The notes below the pieces were generated by a model. It saw only the letters and a list, made by a program, of their open reading frames with translations, ran no database searches and was not told where the DNA came from. The position numbers were made by a program, and so were the translations under genes. A stretch of 63,615 bases of DNA, filler included, from Klebsormidium nitens (lineage: Eukaryota > Plantae > Klebsormidiophyceae), in assembly GCA_000708835.1 (NCBI GenBank). It is 6 parts of 6 records of this genome, joined end to end, with 100 filler letters (N's around TTAATTAATTAA, not from the genome) between each part and the next. Parts side by side here need not be neighbours in the genome. Positions count along the whole stretch, not along the records: positions 45,696 to 53,192 come from DF238327.1; positions 53,293 to 56,724 come from DF238580.1; positions 56,825 to 59,125 come from DF238353.1; 3 more parts are not named here. The stretch is one strand, 5' to 3'. Shown in pieces: positions 48,297 to 59,225 of this stretch. Position 1 is the stretch's first letter. Each line of letters starts with the position of its first letter.

Positions 48297-50838
48297 TCAA
48301 TCCGAGAAGAACGCGAACTGGAAGCACTTAATGCTGCTGACCAGGAAGGTCAAGGCATGCATGTCCATCGTGCTACCCAGCAAGCGCCGGCGGTCCGCCT
48401 CTGAGACGGCGGGACCAACCTGTGTGCTGTTCTCCAGAAAACCCATAGCGCGCTCGCGCTCTAGGGCCGTCGGTTCCTCCTGGGCGCCGTTGGCGGCCCA
48501 GATCATGCTGTGCTCACCGACGCGGTACGCGTGGGAGCCTCTCATCGTAACGAAAGTGGACAAAGCCCGGAGCGGCTGTCCTGTCTGGTTCACGCGGTGA
48601 CGGCCCGGCGCACCAGAGTGGCGGGCGGCCTGTGCGGTCCGGCCAGGCTCAAGAATGTCCTGGACGCGGCGGAAGTCGGGGCGCTGCTTGAAGCGCTTTT
48701 CGACCATCTCTAACATCAGTGGGCTGGGGATCATGTTGGTCCACCAGCGCCGGTTGCGGTGGGCGAGAGAGCCCGCGGCAACTGCGTCGAACGCGAATCC
48801 TGGGCCTAGAATGCCCTTGACGACGTCGTTGAACTCGTCGCGCACGTCCGCCTGCGGATGATCGCTGGCGTCGACGTTCTCGAACAGGTAGGCGCACGGT
48901 CCGTGGACACTGGTCACAGTGTGCACGACGCGGATGGCCTCCGTAAATAGCTTCGTGCGCGGGTCGCGCAAACCCTTGGGGTTGCTGCCCGCCTTCGAGA
49001 AACCCTGGCATGGGAATCCCGCCACGATCAAGTCGGGTCTCTCTAGATGCTCGATATGGGCGCGCGTCACATCCTGAATGTTATCAGGCAGGGCGCCGTG
49101 GACGTTCAAAAACGCCTCTGTGCTCAGCAGCTCGGGGAACATCTCGTGAAGTTTCCCGAGGCGAAATTCGGCCACCTTCTGTGCCGATTTATCTAGCTCG
49201 CAAGCGTAGACCTTCCGAACCTTCAGGCCACTGCGCACTAGCGCCTCTGTGGTGGCCATCAGGCCGCTGAATAGCTCAATAACTACCAGGCCCGGCCCAG
49301 AAACGTCCAAGACGGCCCGTCGGTCGATCAGACTCTGGTCCAGGGGTCGCAGGCACTGGAACGCGGGGTTCCTGATAGGCCGCGGCGGAGCAGCCGGCAT
49401 CGCAAGCGCGCGCACGCTGCGGTCGAAGATATCTGTCGTGGCTGTCATTAGCTCAGTATTGTACTGATCCAGCCGGCGTCGAGCGGTCTGCGCTTCCAGA
49501 TGCGAGATAGGTGTCTTGATGTGCAACGGCATAACTGCTGCAACGTATCCGCGGATTCCTGCCGCGTAGGCATGCAGCGGCGAGCGACCGTACTCAATCG
49601 GGAATGTACACCGAAGGTACGCACTCCGCTCACTGGCTGTATCCGGGTTCACATAGTACTTCACCCGCTGCTTGCGGGGGTTCGGAATGATGCTAGCCGG
49701 CCCCATGACGCTCATCCCGATCAGGGTGTCAGGTAGCTCGTGGGTGGCAATCACAACGTGCGCCATCACGGTGACGGCGTCTGGTGTCCCCGGGTTCAGC
49801 TCGAAGCTGACCGGCTCAGATGTACGGTCGAGACGGTCGGACAGCTGTCCCGTCGCGCCGCGGATCACCACCGCTCTGCGGCGAATCATGTCAGGGGTAA
49901 TCCCCATTGCCTTGGCACCGGAGGGGCCAGTGATGACGGCCTCCGCACCAGAATCCAGAATCATGTTTGACACCGTGCGCCCATTCACCAGAAGGGCCGG
50001 CTGCGGTCCAGAGTTGTCAATCCGCGGGGAACGGTGGAACCCGGCGGTCGGATCACTGTGGTACGCCCCTGGGAGCTTCCCTAGGAGCGCGCCGATACGG
50101 GGGTTATCCGCATCATAGATGTCGTCTGCAGCCGGCTCGTTGGGCGGATCCAAGGCGGCAGGCGCCTGGTCGGCCTCGGTCAGAGCGGGCGCAGTGTCCA
50201 CTGGGGCAGTCGGCCCGTAAATGACTCCCTGCCGGCGTGGATCGTCCGGCGGAAGTTCCTCAAAGCCCTGGGGCAGAAGCCGAGTCCTGGCTGTCCCCGT
50301 GGCTGCGCTCTTAGCAACATCTCCTGTAATCTCCTTCTCCTTTCCCTTAGCCTGCGCGGTTTCCTCCGGCGCGGCTGTCTGTAAGAGATCCGGCCCAGCG
50401 CTCTGCTCAACCTCGGATGGCTCGGCAGGCTCGGGCATAGGCGGACTAGATGTCCTGATGAAGTCCTTGGGCAAAAAGCCCAGCGGCATGTCGGCAAGGC
50501 GACCACGAAGCCGTTCGTTCTTAGGGGCCTGTCGTGTAAGGCCCGTGTGCACCTTGGGGGCCGCCTCGCGTGGGGCGGCAACCCGGCTACTGCTAATCTG
50601 CTGGTTAGTGGTTCGCGTGGCGGCATGCGCGGACACTATGCACGCGCCGTATCCGGCGACGCGTCCATAGTGGGCGTCCCAAAGCTCCTGAAGCTCTTCC
50701 ATGGTTGGTGCGCCAGGGTCCCGCGGCTCGGTCTTCGGAGCGGCCGGGGCCTGCGCAGCGCGCGCGTTCGTTACGGGCGGCGCTGATGGCGCTGATGACG
50801 CCCCATTCTGTAGGGCCTTGCACTCGGCCGTGTCATGT
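48297..50838 (-). CDS. Gypsy aspartic protease followed by C5 cytosine DNA methyltransferase domain (~49290-48297)
   Basis: Protease MILDSGAEAVI near 49955. DNMT motifs in canonical order: IELFSG (I), ACELD (II), NIQDV (III), AGFPCQGFS (IV, catalytic Cys), LFENV (VI), HRNRRWWTN (VIII), ERERAMGF (IX) and LLGSTMD (X). Confidence 0.92.
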
Positions 50839-51431
50839 GNNNNNNNNNNNNNNNNNNNNNNNNNNNNNNNNNNNNNNNNNNNNNNNNNNNNNNNNNNNNN
50901 NNNNNNNNNNNNNNNNNNNNNNNNNNNNNNNNNNNNNNNNNNNNNNNNNNNNNNNNNNNNNNNNNNNNNNNNNNNNNNNNNNNNNNNNNNNNNNNNNNNN
51001 NNNNNNNNNNNNNNNNNNNNNNNNNNNNNNNNNNNNNNNNNNNNNNNNNNNNNNNNNNNNNNNNNNNNNNNNNNNNNNNNNNNNNNNNNNNNNNNNNNNN
51101 NNNNNNNNNNNNNNNNNNNNNNNNNNNNNNNNNNNNNNNNNNNNNNNNNNNNNNNNNNNNNNNNNNNNNNNNNNNNNNNNNNNNNNNNNNNNNNNNNNNN
51201 NNNNNNNNNNNNNNNNNNNNNNNNNNNNNNNNNNNNNNNNNNNNNNNNNNNNNNNNNNNNNNNNNNNNNNNNNNNNNNNNNNNNNNNNNNNNNNNNNNNN
51301 NNNNNNNNNNNNNNNNNNNNNNNNNNNNNNNNNNNNNNNNNNNNNNNNNNNNNNNNNNNNNNNNNNNNNNNNNNNNNNNNNNNNNNNNNNNNNNNNNNNN
51401 NNNNNNNNNNNNNNNNNNNNNNNNNNNNNNN

Positions 51432-52639
51432 TGGGCACATTGAGCGGCATAGTGGCCCGGCTCTCCGCACTCGTAACATACCTTCTCGTTCTTTCCTGAG
51501 CCGCCGCGCTGCGGCGCTGCGGCCGCGTTGGCCTGAACCATGGGCGCTATATGGCCCTTCTGCGGTGGCGACCGGCAGTTCCTGGCGATATGACCTGTCT
51601 TGCCGCAATTGTGGCATACGCGGTTGTCTACGGGCCTGTCGACGGCCGTCGACCTAGCGGGTGCACCACGTGCTGCATCATGGGTGCTCGGCTGCGACGC
51701 TGAGCTCCAGAGCGCTTCGGTGCATCGCTTCTTCTCAAGGCGGATTGCCACTCGGCTGATCTGATCGACTGATAAGTCATCGTCGCCTGTATCCTCGGCC
51801 CAAACGACCCGTCGAACCTCTGCGCGGAACGGCTTCGGCTCGATCGCATCTAGCAGCTTCTGGGCGGCCATGCCCTCGGGCCTCTGTAGGACCGTCATGA
51901 GCGTCTTCATCCTCTGCGTGAGGCTCGACATGCTCTCATTCGGCTGCATCTTGAAGGTGTTGAATTCGTTGATCCGGGCAGTGGACTTCTCTGGAAAGAG
52001 GTCCTTGATCATGGCCCAGAACTGCTCGACTGGGCTATCGTATACCAGGAGGGCCTTCGGCCGCTCTGGTTTGACCGGCTCGGGCAGGGCCGCGCTCTCG
52101 GTCGCTTCCATCGCATCATATCGCTCATGCTCCCGTTCATATTCGGCGAGCTCGCGCTCGTATGCACGACGGCGCGCTTCATTCCGCTTATCGAGATCGT
52201 CGGCCATGCGAGTCTCTAGCTCGCCGGCGCGATCGCGAGCCTGACCGGCGGTCAGCTCGACGAGGAAGTAGAAGTAGTCATTCTCATCCAAATTCTCTAG
52301 ATTATTGCGCAGCTTAAGCTTTGACATCATCGTTTTATAGCTTTGTCGCAGATGTGATACGCTCATCCCGTCTGGTCCGCCGGTAAAGCGGCCAGCGCCA
52401 TGCGGCACATGTGTGCTATCCATGATGTCGTCGGTTTCCACAACCCAACTCACAGGATTTTCGTTATTGCGCAATACACTCAAATGCGACGGCGACGCAA
52501 CAGTGGAGCTCTCAACAATATAATCACTGCCCGTGGCCACAATATATGCCTGGGACGAACTCCCGGCGTCACTCTCAACGGTACTCTCAACTCTATCCAC
52601 CTGCCGATGAGGTAGGTTTCTAAAGTTGTACCTGTGCAT
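51432..52639 (-). CDS. Gypsy gag with CCHC zinc knuckles
   Basis: CHNCGKTGHIARNC and CYECGEPGHYAAQC. HDTAEC after the gap suggests a third knuckle. The capsid-like region includes EFNTFKMQPNESMSSL. Confidence 0.88.
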
Positions 52640-52705
52640 CCGCCTAGCTACTCCTAGCGCCCCAAGCGCTTAAGCTAGCTAGCAGTCGCGGCACACTACT
52701 CTCAC

Positions 52706-52920
52706 TCCCCCCTGCCGCGACCTCCGTTCTGGTCACGGTTACGGCGCTCTCCGTCGTCGTTGCGGTCACGCCCGCGGCCACGGCCACGGCCACGTCCACG
52801 CCACCCGCCTCCACGTCCGCGCTGGTACTCCTCGCGATCGTCCCAACGGCGGTCTCTGCGGCGGTCGTCTCTGTCACGACGGTCGTCCCTGTCGCGGCGC
52901 TCGTCCTGGCGGCCGTCACC
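52706..52920 (-). other. Putative RD/RG-rich exon upstream of gag
   Basis: GDGRQDERRDRDDRRDRDDRRRDRRWDDREEYQRGRGGGWRGRGRGRGRGRDR.. is preceded by ctgat..tttcccctctgtgtggatccag and followed by gtgaga. A 74-nt GT-AG intron (52705-52632) would join it in frame to gag. Confidence 0.5.
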
Positions 52921-53293
52921 TGGATCCACACAGAGGGGAAACGGATCAGTCTTACTGGCGAACTCACTTCAAAAAGGGTTCAGCGCACAGACTCTCACGG
53001 GCGGACTCACTTTGCAGAGGTCCAGCACCAAGAATGTAACCAAGGGTTTCGGCTAACCCCAAACCTAACGGGCGCACAATTCCAAAAAGGACGTGCTGCA
53101 CACTCGGGCGAACTCCCTTCGAAAAGGTTTCTGCCTCAGGACCGCGAACTCCCTTAGGGCAAAGGTTTCAGCGGGTCCTAGTAGTCGTTGTCNNNNNNNN
53201 NNNNNNNNNNNNNNNNNNNNNNNNNNNNNNNNNNNNTTAATTAATTAANNNNNNNNNNNNNNNNNNNNNNNNNNNNNNNNNNNNNNNNNNNNG

Positions 53294-55969
53294 GCAGAAG
53301 CAACAGGTTCGAGGACCTACGGGTTTCATCAAAATCAGGCCTTCAGTAAAGCAGTCATCCCCTGAGCCTACGCTTGCTTTCAAAAAGTATCCAAGGTGCC
53401 ATCACCAATTCAACTGCTATACCGTTTCAAGCGGCCTTAACTTAAGCTCTTCTCCAATCAAGATGCTCACCTCCGGGTGGGGGCCGCATATGCTGCAGCA
53501 CTCCAGGATCTGCCGCCCCACCAGCCGGAAGAAATCGAGGCTGGCCTTCCGCCACGTCTCCTCTGAGAGGACGGCGCACTCTGGTGCCCTCCGAAAGGCC
53601 TCCTGCTGTCCCTCCAGCAGGGCCCCGAACCCCGACTGGCCCCGCTGCATCTGCTTGAGCAGCAGCTGGAGGCTCTCCTGTACAACAATCGTCTGACGGC
53701 TCCAAGCGTACAGCCCCAAGTGCTCCCCGTCGAAGTGGATGGTGTGCTTCCTCGCGCATTTGCAGGAGTAGATCCTGGTGCGCACTGCTTGGCTCCAGGT
53801 CGAGGCATGCACCACCGCGTCCTGCCAGAGCTCCATCCACTTCCCACCGCACGGAGGCGGTTCGAGAGGACACGGCGCGCTCAGCATCCCGAGCTCTCCC
53901 AGCTCCTGAAAGTCCCTTCCTACCAGCTTGCTCACTCGGATCGGTCCGCATCTGAGCCGAGTCACCCACGGATCGTGAAAGTCCGGGGCGTCGCTCAGCT
54001 GGCTCAGCTTCGGCTGCGTCACCTGGACGGCCTGCGTCTCCTGAAGCATAACCGGGGCCCTCCCCTTGCCCCCATGCTGGCATCCCCGTTGGGCACCCTC
54101 CAGCGTGCAGCTGCCACAGGAGGAGACCCAGCATCGGATTGCTTCCTTGCCTAGCGCCTCCGCGGGCGGCTCCTGAACACTCTTGGGTGCCATCGCCCGG
54201 GGAGCCCCGCCCGCATGACTCCTATACCACTGCTTGCTCCTGCGCGCCCCCCTCCATGGCTCGCTCACGCCCGGCCCCTGGGTTTGTGATGATGCGGACG
54301 GCTCAGCTACTCCAAACAATTGCTGGTGCTCTTGACAGAAGCAGTCCGCACCAGCGCATCCGGCCGGCTCGTGGCGCTGTCCTGATATGAGGCCCATCAG
54401 GTGCGCCTCCGCCTCGCCGGCCCCTTCGGAGTCCACACGCGACTCGCTCCCCCCCGCCCTCCTGCCGATCAATGGCAGCGCTCCGTCCCATTGCTCCAAC
54501 CACTGCCTCGCTGTACTTAGGGCATCCTGCCTAAGAAGCAACCCCTGTGCAAAATGGACCTGCCCCGCTCGGACGGCCAGGTTCGCAGCGATGACGTGGC
54601 TGCAGTCGTGCTGCGACGGACAGCCGTCCCTCTTCCCCTGGCAGTACCAGGCGCCCTCGACGCTCCGATGCAGCATCTTGTGAGCCGGGCTGACCCCCTT
54701 AGGGCTGCTCCTCACGGCAAAGAAGCGCCCCGTAGAGTCCGTACCCACCTGCTCGACCAGCCCCGCTCCCCGTCCCAACTGTCTGGCAGTGGGGAGGCCC
54801 CCTTGCTGCAACCCCGGAGCGCCGAGGGTCGCGAGCACCAGCTTGTGAACGCAAGCAGCGTCCTTGGCTAGCCTGCTGCGATTGCACGAGCAGTTCGAGG
54901 ATCCCTGGCTATCCCACCAGCACTCCTCCAGCAACGCCTTCTCCTTGGTGGGCTTGCCGAGAGCTTTCGGCCTCGCTCGATTGTGATCCCAATGCGTCAT
55001 GTAGAGCCGCAGGGGGCTGGCCTCACACTCGTCCACTCCAGCAGGAACAACTATGCGGCACGTGCCCTCCAGGACGCCGCTCAGGAAGAGGCCAGCTTGG
55101 GCCGGGATGCCGAGGCGCTCCTCAGGCTGCAGGTGCCAACTAGATCTTTCAGGCAAACTTCCTGACCGCTCTCGGAAAACAACCTCACGCCTTGCTCACA
55201 GTCGGAGCTGAACGAGCAGCTCAGAATCGCATCCGGGATTTTGCGCATTATCCCGCCTTTCAAGTGGCGGGCCATGAGAAATTCCATGAACAGCATGTAG
55301 TCGGTCCGTGTGCTCCCCCTCTTAGCGTGGGCACAGGCAAGACAGTGTGTCCATTGAAATCTCAGGGGACGGGCGCAATCGCTTGCAGACGCTCGTTGCA
55401 TTGCAAATCATCATAGGTTCTATCAAGAAATTATCTGCACTCACCAGCATCTCGCGCGCGCGGCTGCCGGCTTGCATGCCCCTGTTCAATGCGCTCTCAG
55501 CTGCCGCCTTTTTCGGCTTCTTCCTGCTCACGGTGCTCTCGTTTGAGATCACAACCCCCTCCAGCAGCTCGTTCGTCAGCTCCAGCGTTTGCTTCCAGCT
55601 CCCCGAGGCCTGGCGCTCGAACAACAGCGCATCTTGCTCGCGCAGGCTCACGCTCTGAGCATCGGCGCTGACCTTCAATTCCCCCATCAGCTTGCCCACG
55701 CATCCTAGGCAAAGGATCTGCCTCCTCTGCTTGTTCTTGGGCACGCCGCAGCTGACCAAGTAGCCCTTCATCGCACACCTGCGGAAGCTCAGCCTCAAGC
55801 TCCCATCCGTACCGCCTGTGCCCTTCCAAACCTGCTGCCTGCAAGTGATGCACCTGCCAGAAATCTGCCCTATCTCCGCCGGTCGGACGCTCTCCTCGCC
55901 TATGTAGTAAAGGCCGCGTCCGATCTGAGCTAGATCCGAAGCCTGATACTGCTCGGTAGGGGCTGCCAT
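53294..55969 (-). mobile_element. KDZ (Kyakuja-Dileera-Zisupton)-type DNA transposase, N-terminal part with Zn fingers and CxC cluster; catalytic part missing or degenerate
   Basis: ATG at 55969. SWIM-like NCSCNRSRLAKDAACVH and YCQGKRDGCPSQHDCSH. CxC4-like YSCKCARKHTIHFDGEHLGLY..QESL..WRKASLDFFRL..CCSICGPHPEV. An out-of-frame IGDGT remnant with stops lies near 53410. Confidence 0.72.
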
Positions 55970-56831
55970 GCTCGAAAACCCCCCTACATGCATCAGCATG
56001 CACGAAGGCTGCCCCTTGTGAACCAACTGGGAGCTCGACTGACACTGCCTACCTCCGACCATCTTTGCTCATCCTTCCGGCCTCTCTCTCTCCCTAAGTA
56101 TGTCTTGCCTCTAGACTGGACTGCTGCCCGGGACGCGGAAGGCTCGAAATTCGATGATAACCGCTTCGAAGAGCTCCGGCGGGCCGCCGAGTTCGCTGCA
56201 GGGGGGCTGCTGGCAAATTCCTCTTCGGTACCGTTATCAGTCAGGTGACGCTAAGCCAAAACTCGAGTTTTCAGGACCGTCCGATCGATCGCGAGAACTT
56301 AGGGATTGGTAGGACGCATTCCGGCCGTCCGATAAGGCCGACCTTCATTTGGTTGCCCCACTTGCCCTAAAGTTCGCCAGCGACAACTTCGGCAGATCTA
56401 GCCGATCGAGTCGCGGCGCCGCCTTCGCCAAGTTCTGCAATGACACTACTACTTCTTTCTAGGGAGAGTACCAATCCAGGCCCAAATAATCCAGGCCCGA
56501 GTTTCAAGGCCGAATCCAGGCCGTTGATACTTCGTCCTGTCCGACACTCCGACACCCTTTCTAAACTGTTTTGCGGCTCAGCCCGTACCGGTGCCTACGG
56601 TAGCCATGTACCCCAGCCTAGCCAACCCCGCGGGGGTCTGTCCCACCTGGAAGATATGTACCGGGCCCGCGCGGCCGGAGCCGCGAACCNGACGCTACCA
56701 TTTTGGTTGTGCTTAAAGTGGGCGNNNNNNNNNNNNNNNNNNNNNNNNNNNNNNNNNNNNNNNNNNNNTTAATTAATTAANNNNNNNNNNNNNNNNNNNN
56801 NNNNNNNNNNNNNNNNNNNNNNNNCACCCGC

Positions 56832-57230
56832 ATGGACATAGCCTCCAGGGTCAAGAAGATGAAGGAGGTGGTGGACGGCTTCGACAAGTTCTCCTCGGAA
56901 CGTCTCAAGGGCCTGGAGGAGAGGGACAAGAAGAGGAAAGACAAGGAGACCGCCACGAAGAGCAAGACCAAGAGCAAGCCCCACGCCGCCAAGCGGAGCC
57001 CGCGGGCGAAGCACGGCACATCTCCTGCCCCGGAGCCCCCCGGGACCCCTCCGGCCCGTCCGCAAGCACCCGTGCTCGTGCCGCAGATCGCCCCCACGCC
57101 GATCCATCATCAGCAGGCCAGAGCACCGCCCCGACCGTCTCAGCTCATCCTGTCCCGAGACCTGGCCCCTCCTCCCCAGCAACAATCCCCCGGAACCGCC
57201 AGCAAGATCGTGTCGTTCCTCCCCGCATGA
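56832..57230 (+). CDS. Hypothetical basic, P/Q-rich 132-aa protein (virus-like contig)
   Basis: Intronless ORF with strong G/C-ending codon bias, 77 bp upstream of the primase on the same strand. Confidence 0.6.
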   Translation: MDIASRVKKMKEVVDGFDKFSSERLKGLEERDKKRKDKETATKSKTKSKPHAAKRSPRAKHGTSPAPEPPGTPPARPQAPVLVPQIAPTPIHHQQARAPPRPSQLILSRDLAPPPQQQSPGTASKIVSFLPA

Positions 57231-57307
57231 GGGGCAGGGGCTTAAGGAAGCGCGCGGGGGAGGGAGGGGACCATCTTTAAAATCTCCCCATCCAAGGAGG
57301 GTTCGAG

Positions 57308-59125
57308 ATGGAGGCCGAAGCAAGGAGGGCGCGCGACTTCGAGGGGCTCTACCATCTCGGGCTGGTGCCCGTCTCCGTGAACATCACGAGCGAGGCGCAG
57401 GGCGAGAAGACGGCCAAGTTCGTGACTTCCTGGCGCGACCTGGACCGAGACAACTGCCTCAGATTCTTCTCGCCGGAATGCAACTCGATCGCCGTCCGGA
57501 CCGGCGCCATCTCCGGGATCCTCGTGGTGGACTTCGACAACACGTCGGAACGGGGCACCGAGAATGCCGAGGGGAGCAAGGCGAACGGGATGGAGGCGCT
57601 CGAGACCTGGTCGCTGCGGCACGGCCAGGACCTGAACACATGGACCGCCAAGACGGGCAAAGACGGCGTCCACCTCTACTATCGGTACCCCGGGGCGAGC
57701 TGCTCGTACGGCCTCGGCAACAGGGCCGGGCTCTCCATCGACGGGCGCGACTTCGCGGTGGACATCAGGGGCGACGGAGGGGTCATCTTCGCACCCGGCT
57801 CATCGTACCAGTCCTGCGACGGTCGCACGCTCACGTACGAATGGACCAAACACCCGCGGGACACGCCCATCCTGGACGTGCCCGCGTGGCTCGAGGAGGT
57901 CCTCGTGGAGAACGACAGGGCGGGGTGCGCGCAGGGGCGCCAGAGAGGGCCTCGAGGCGCCCCGCCCAGGGGCACGTCGACCCCCAGCCGGCTACCGGGG
58001 GCGCCCAACGCCCCCTTCAGGCTGTATCGCATGCAAGATGTACCCTTCTGTGCCGGCCAACAGGTGTCCGGGACTCGAGCCTTCGGCCCGGTCCTAGACG
58101 AGACGGACGCCGCCACAGAGGGCCTGGACGAGGCGGCCATAGACCGGCTCATCAATGCGTCCGACTACGAGGACCCGCACGCCAAGCGCAGCAGGGCGCA
58201 AGATCGCGTCCGTTTCAGGCAGACGATCGGCGAGCTGGAGGAGATGCTCGCCAACCACCCGAGCCACCCGGACACCACGTCCGTCTTCGACGCCGTGTAC
58301 CGCGGCAACATCTTCACGTTCCGAGTCAAGGGCCCCCGCGTGTGCACGTACGGCGTCCGGCACTCCGGCTCCAACAACTTCTCCATCAAGATCATCGAGC
58401 GCAACTGTTTCGTCTACTGCCACGGCACCATCTGCTCCGGACTCTCCAAGCAGCACCTAGGGCGCCTCTCCATCGGGGCCTACCTCGAACGCTCCCCGAA
58501 CAACCCCGTCTCCATCCACGACAGCTCCGTCGTCGACGTGCTGCAGACGGCCGAACATCTGCTGAAGAACTACGTGCACACGGAGAGCGCTAAGGCCGCC
58601 GCCCACATCTACGCCGCCGCGGTCAGGGGCGGGCGCATCGTGGTGGACCCAGACGACCAATTCTGGCTCTGGGCCGGCACCCTCTACAGGCAGATGGGCC
58701 TCAGCGACGTCAAGTACCTCGCCTCCGAGCAGCTCGAGTTCGTCCTCCGCGCCTACAACGAACGGGTCCGCCACGAGTGCCGCATCGCCGCGGCCGAAGG
58801 GGGCGAGGCTCCCGACGAGGAAGCTCCTCCGAGCAAGCGCAGGGCCACCGGCCCACCCGAGAAGAAGGCCAAGGGGCTCGCCGACCTCCGCAAGTGCGGC
58901 AACTCGAGCTTCATGGACAACACCCTCAAGTTCCTCAGGCCCATCCTCAAGCAGGTGGACTTCCTGGAGTCCCTGGACCAGACGCCCGACCTGCTGCCCT
59001 GCAAGAACGGCATCGTGGACCTCCGCACGGGAGAGCTCCGCCCCCACCACCCCCGCTACCTCAACACCAAGCTGGTCGACGTCCCCTACAAGCAGAACCC
59101 GACGAGCACCACCTGGCGCGACTTC
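57308..59125 (+). CDS. Viral-type primase-helicase: bifunctional Prim-Pol + UL52-like Zn finger + D5_N (C-terminus in gap)
   Basis: NSIAVRTGAISGILVVDFD, TAKTGKDGVHLYY and DIRGDGGVIFAPGS (Prim-Pol). CTYGVRHSGSNN..VYCHGTIC (Zn finger). QFWLWAGTLY and LDQTPDLLPCKNGIVDLRTGELRPHHP (D5_N). Intronless over 1.8 kb. Confidence 0.88.
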
Positions 59126-59225
59126 NNNNNNNNNNNNNNNNNNNNNNNNNNNNNNNNNNNNNNNNNNNNTTAATTAATTAANNNNNNNNNNNNNNNNNNN
59201 NNNNNNNNNNNNNNNNNNNNNNNNN

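Larger units (their letters stand above)
45696..53192 (-). mobile_element. Ty3/Gypsy LTR retrotransposon carrying a C5 DNA methyltransferase (gag-PR-DNMT-RT-RH-IN); both ends lost in gaps
   Basis: Domain order is zinc knuckles, aspartic protease, DNMT, RT, RNase H, integrase; integrase after RT/RH is Gypsy order. LTRs are not visible. Confidence 0.93.
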
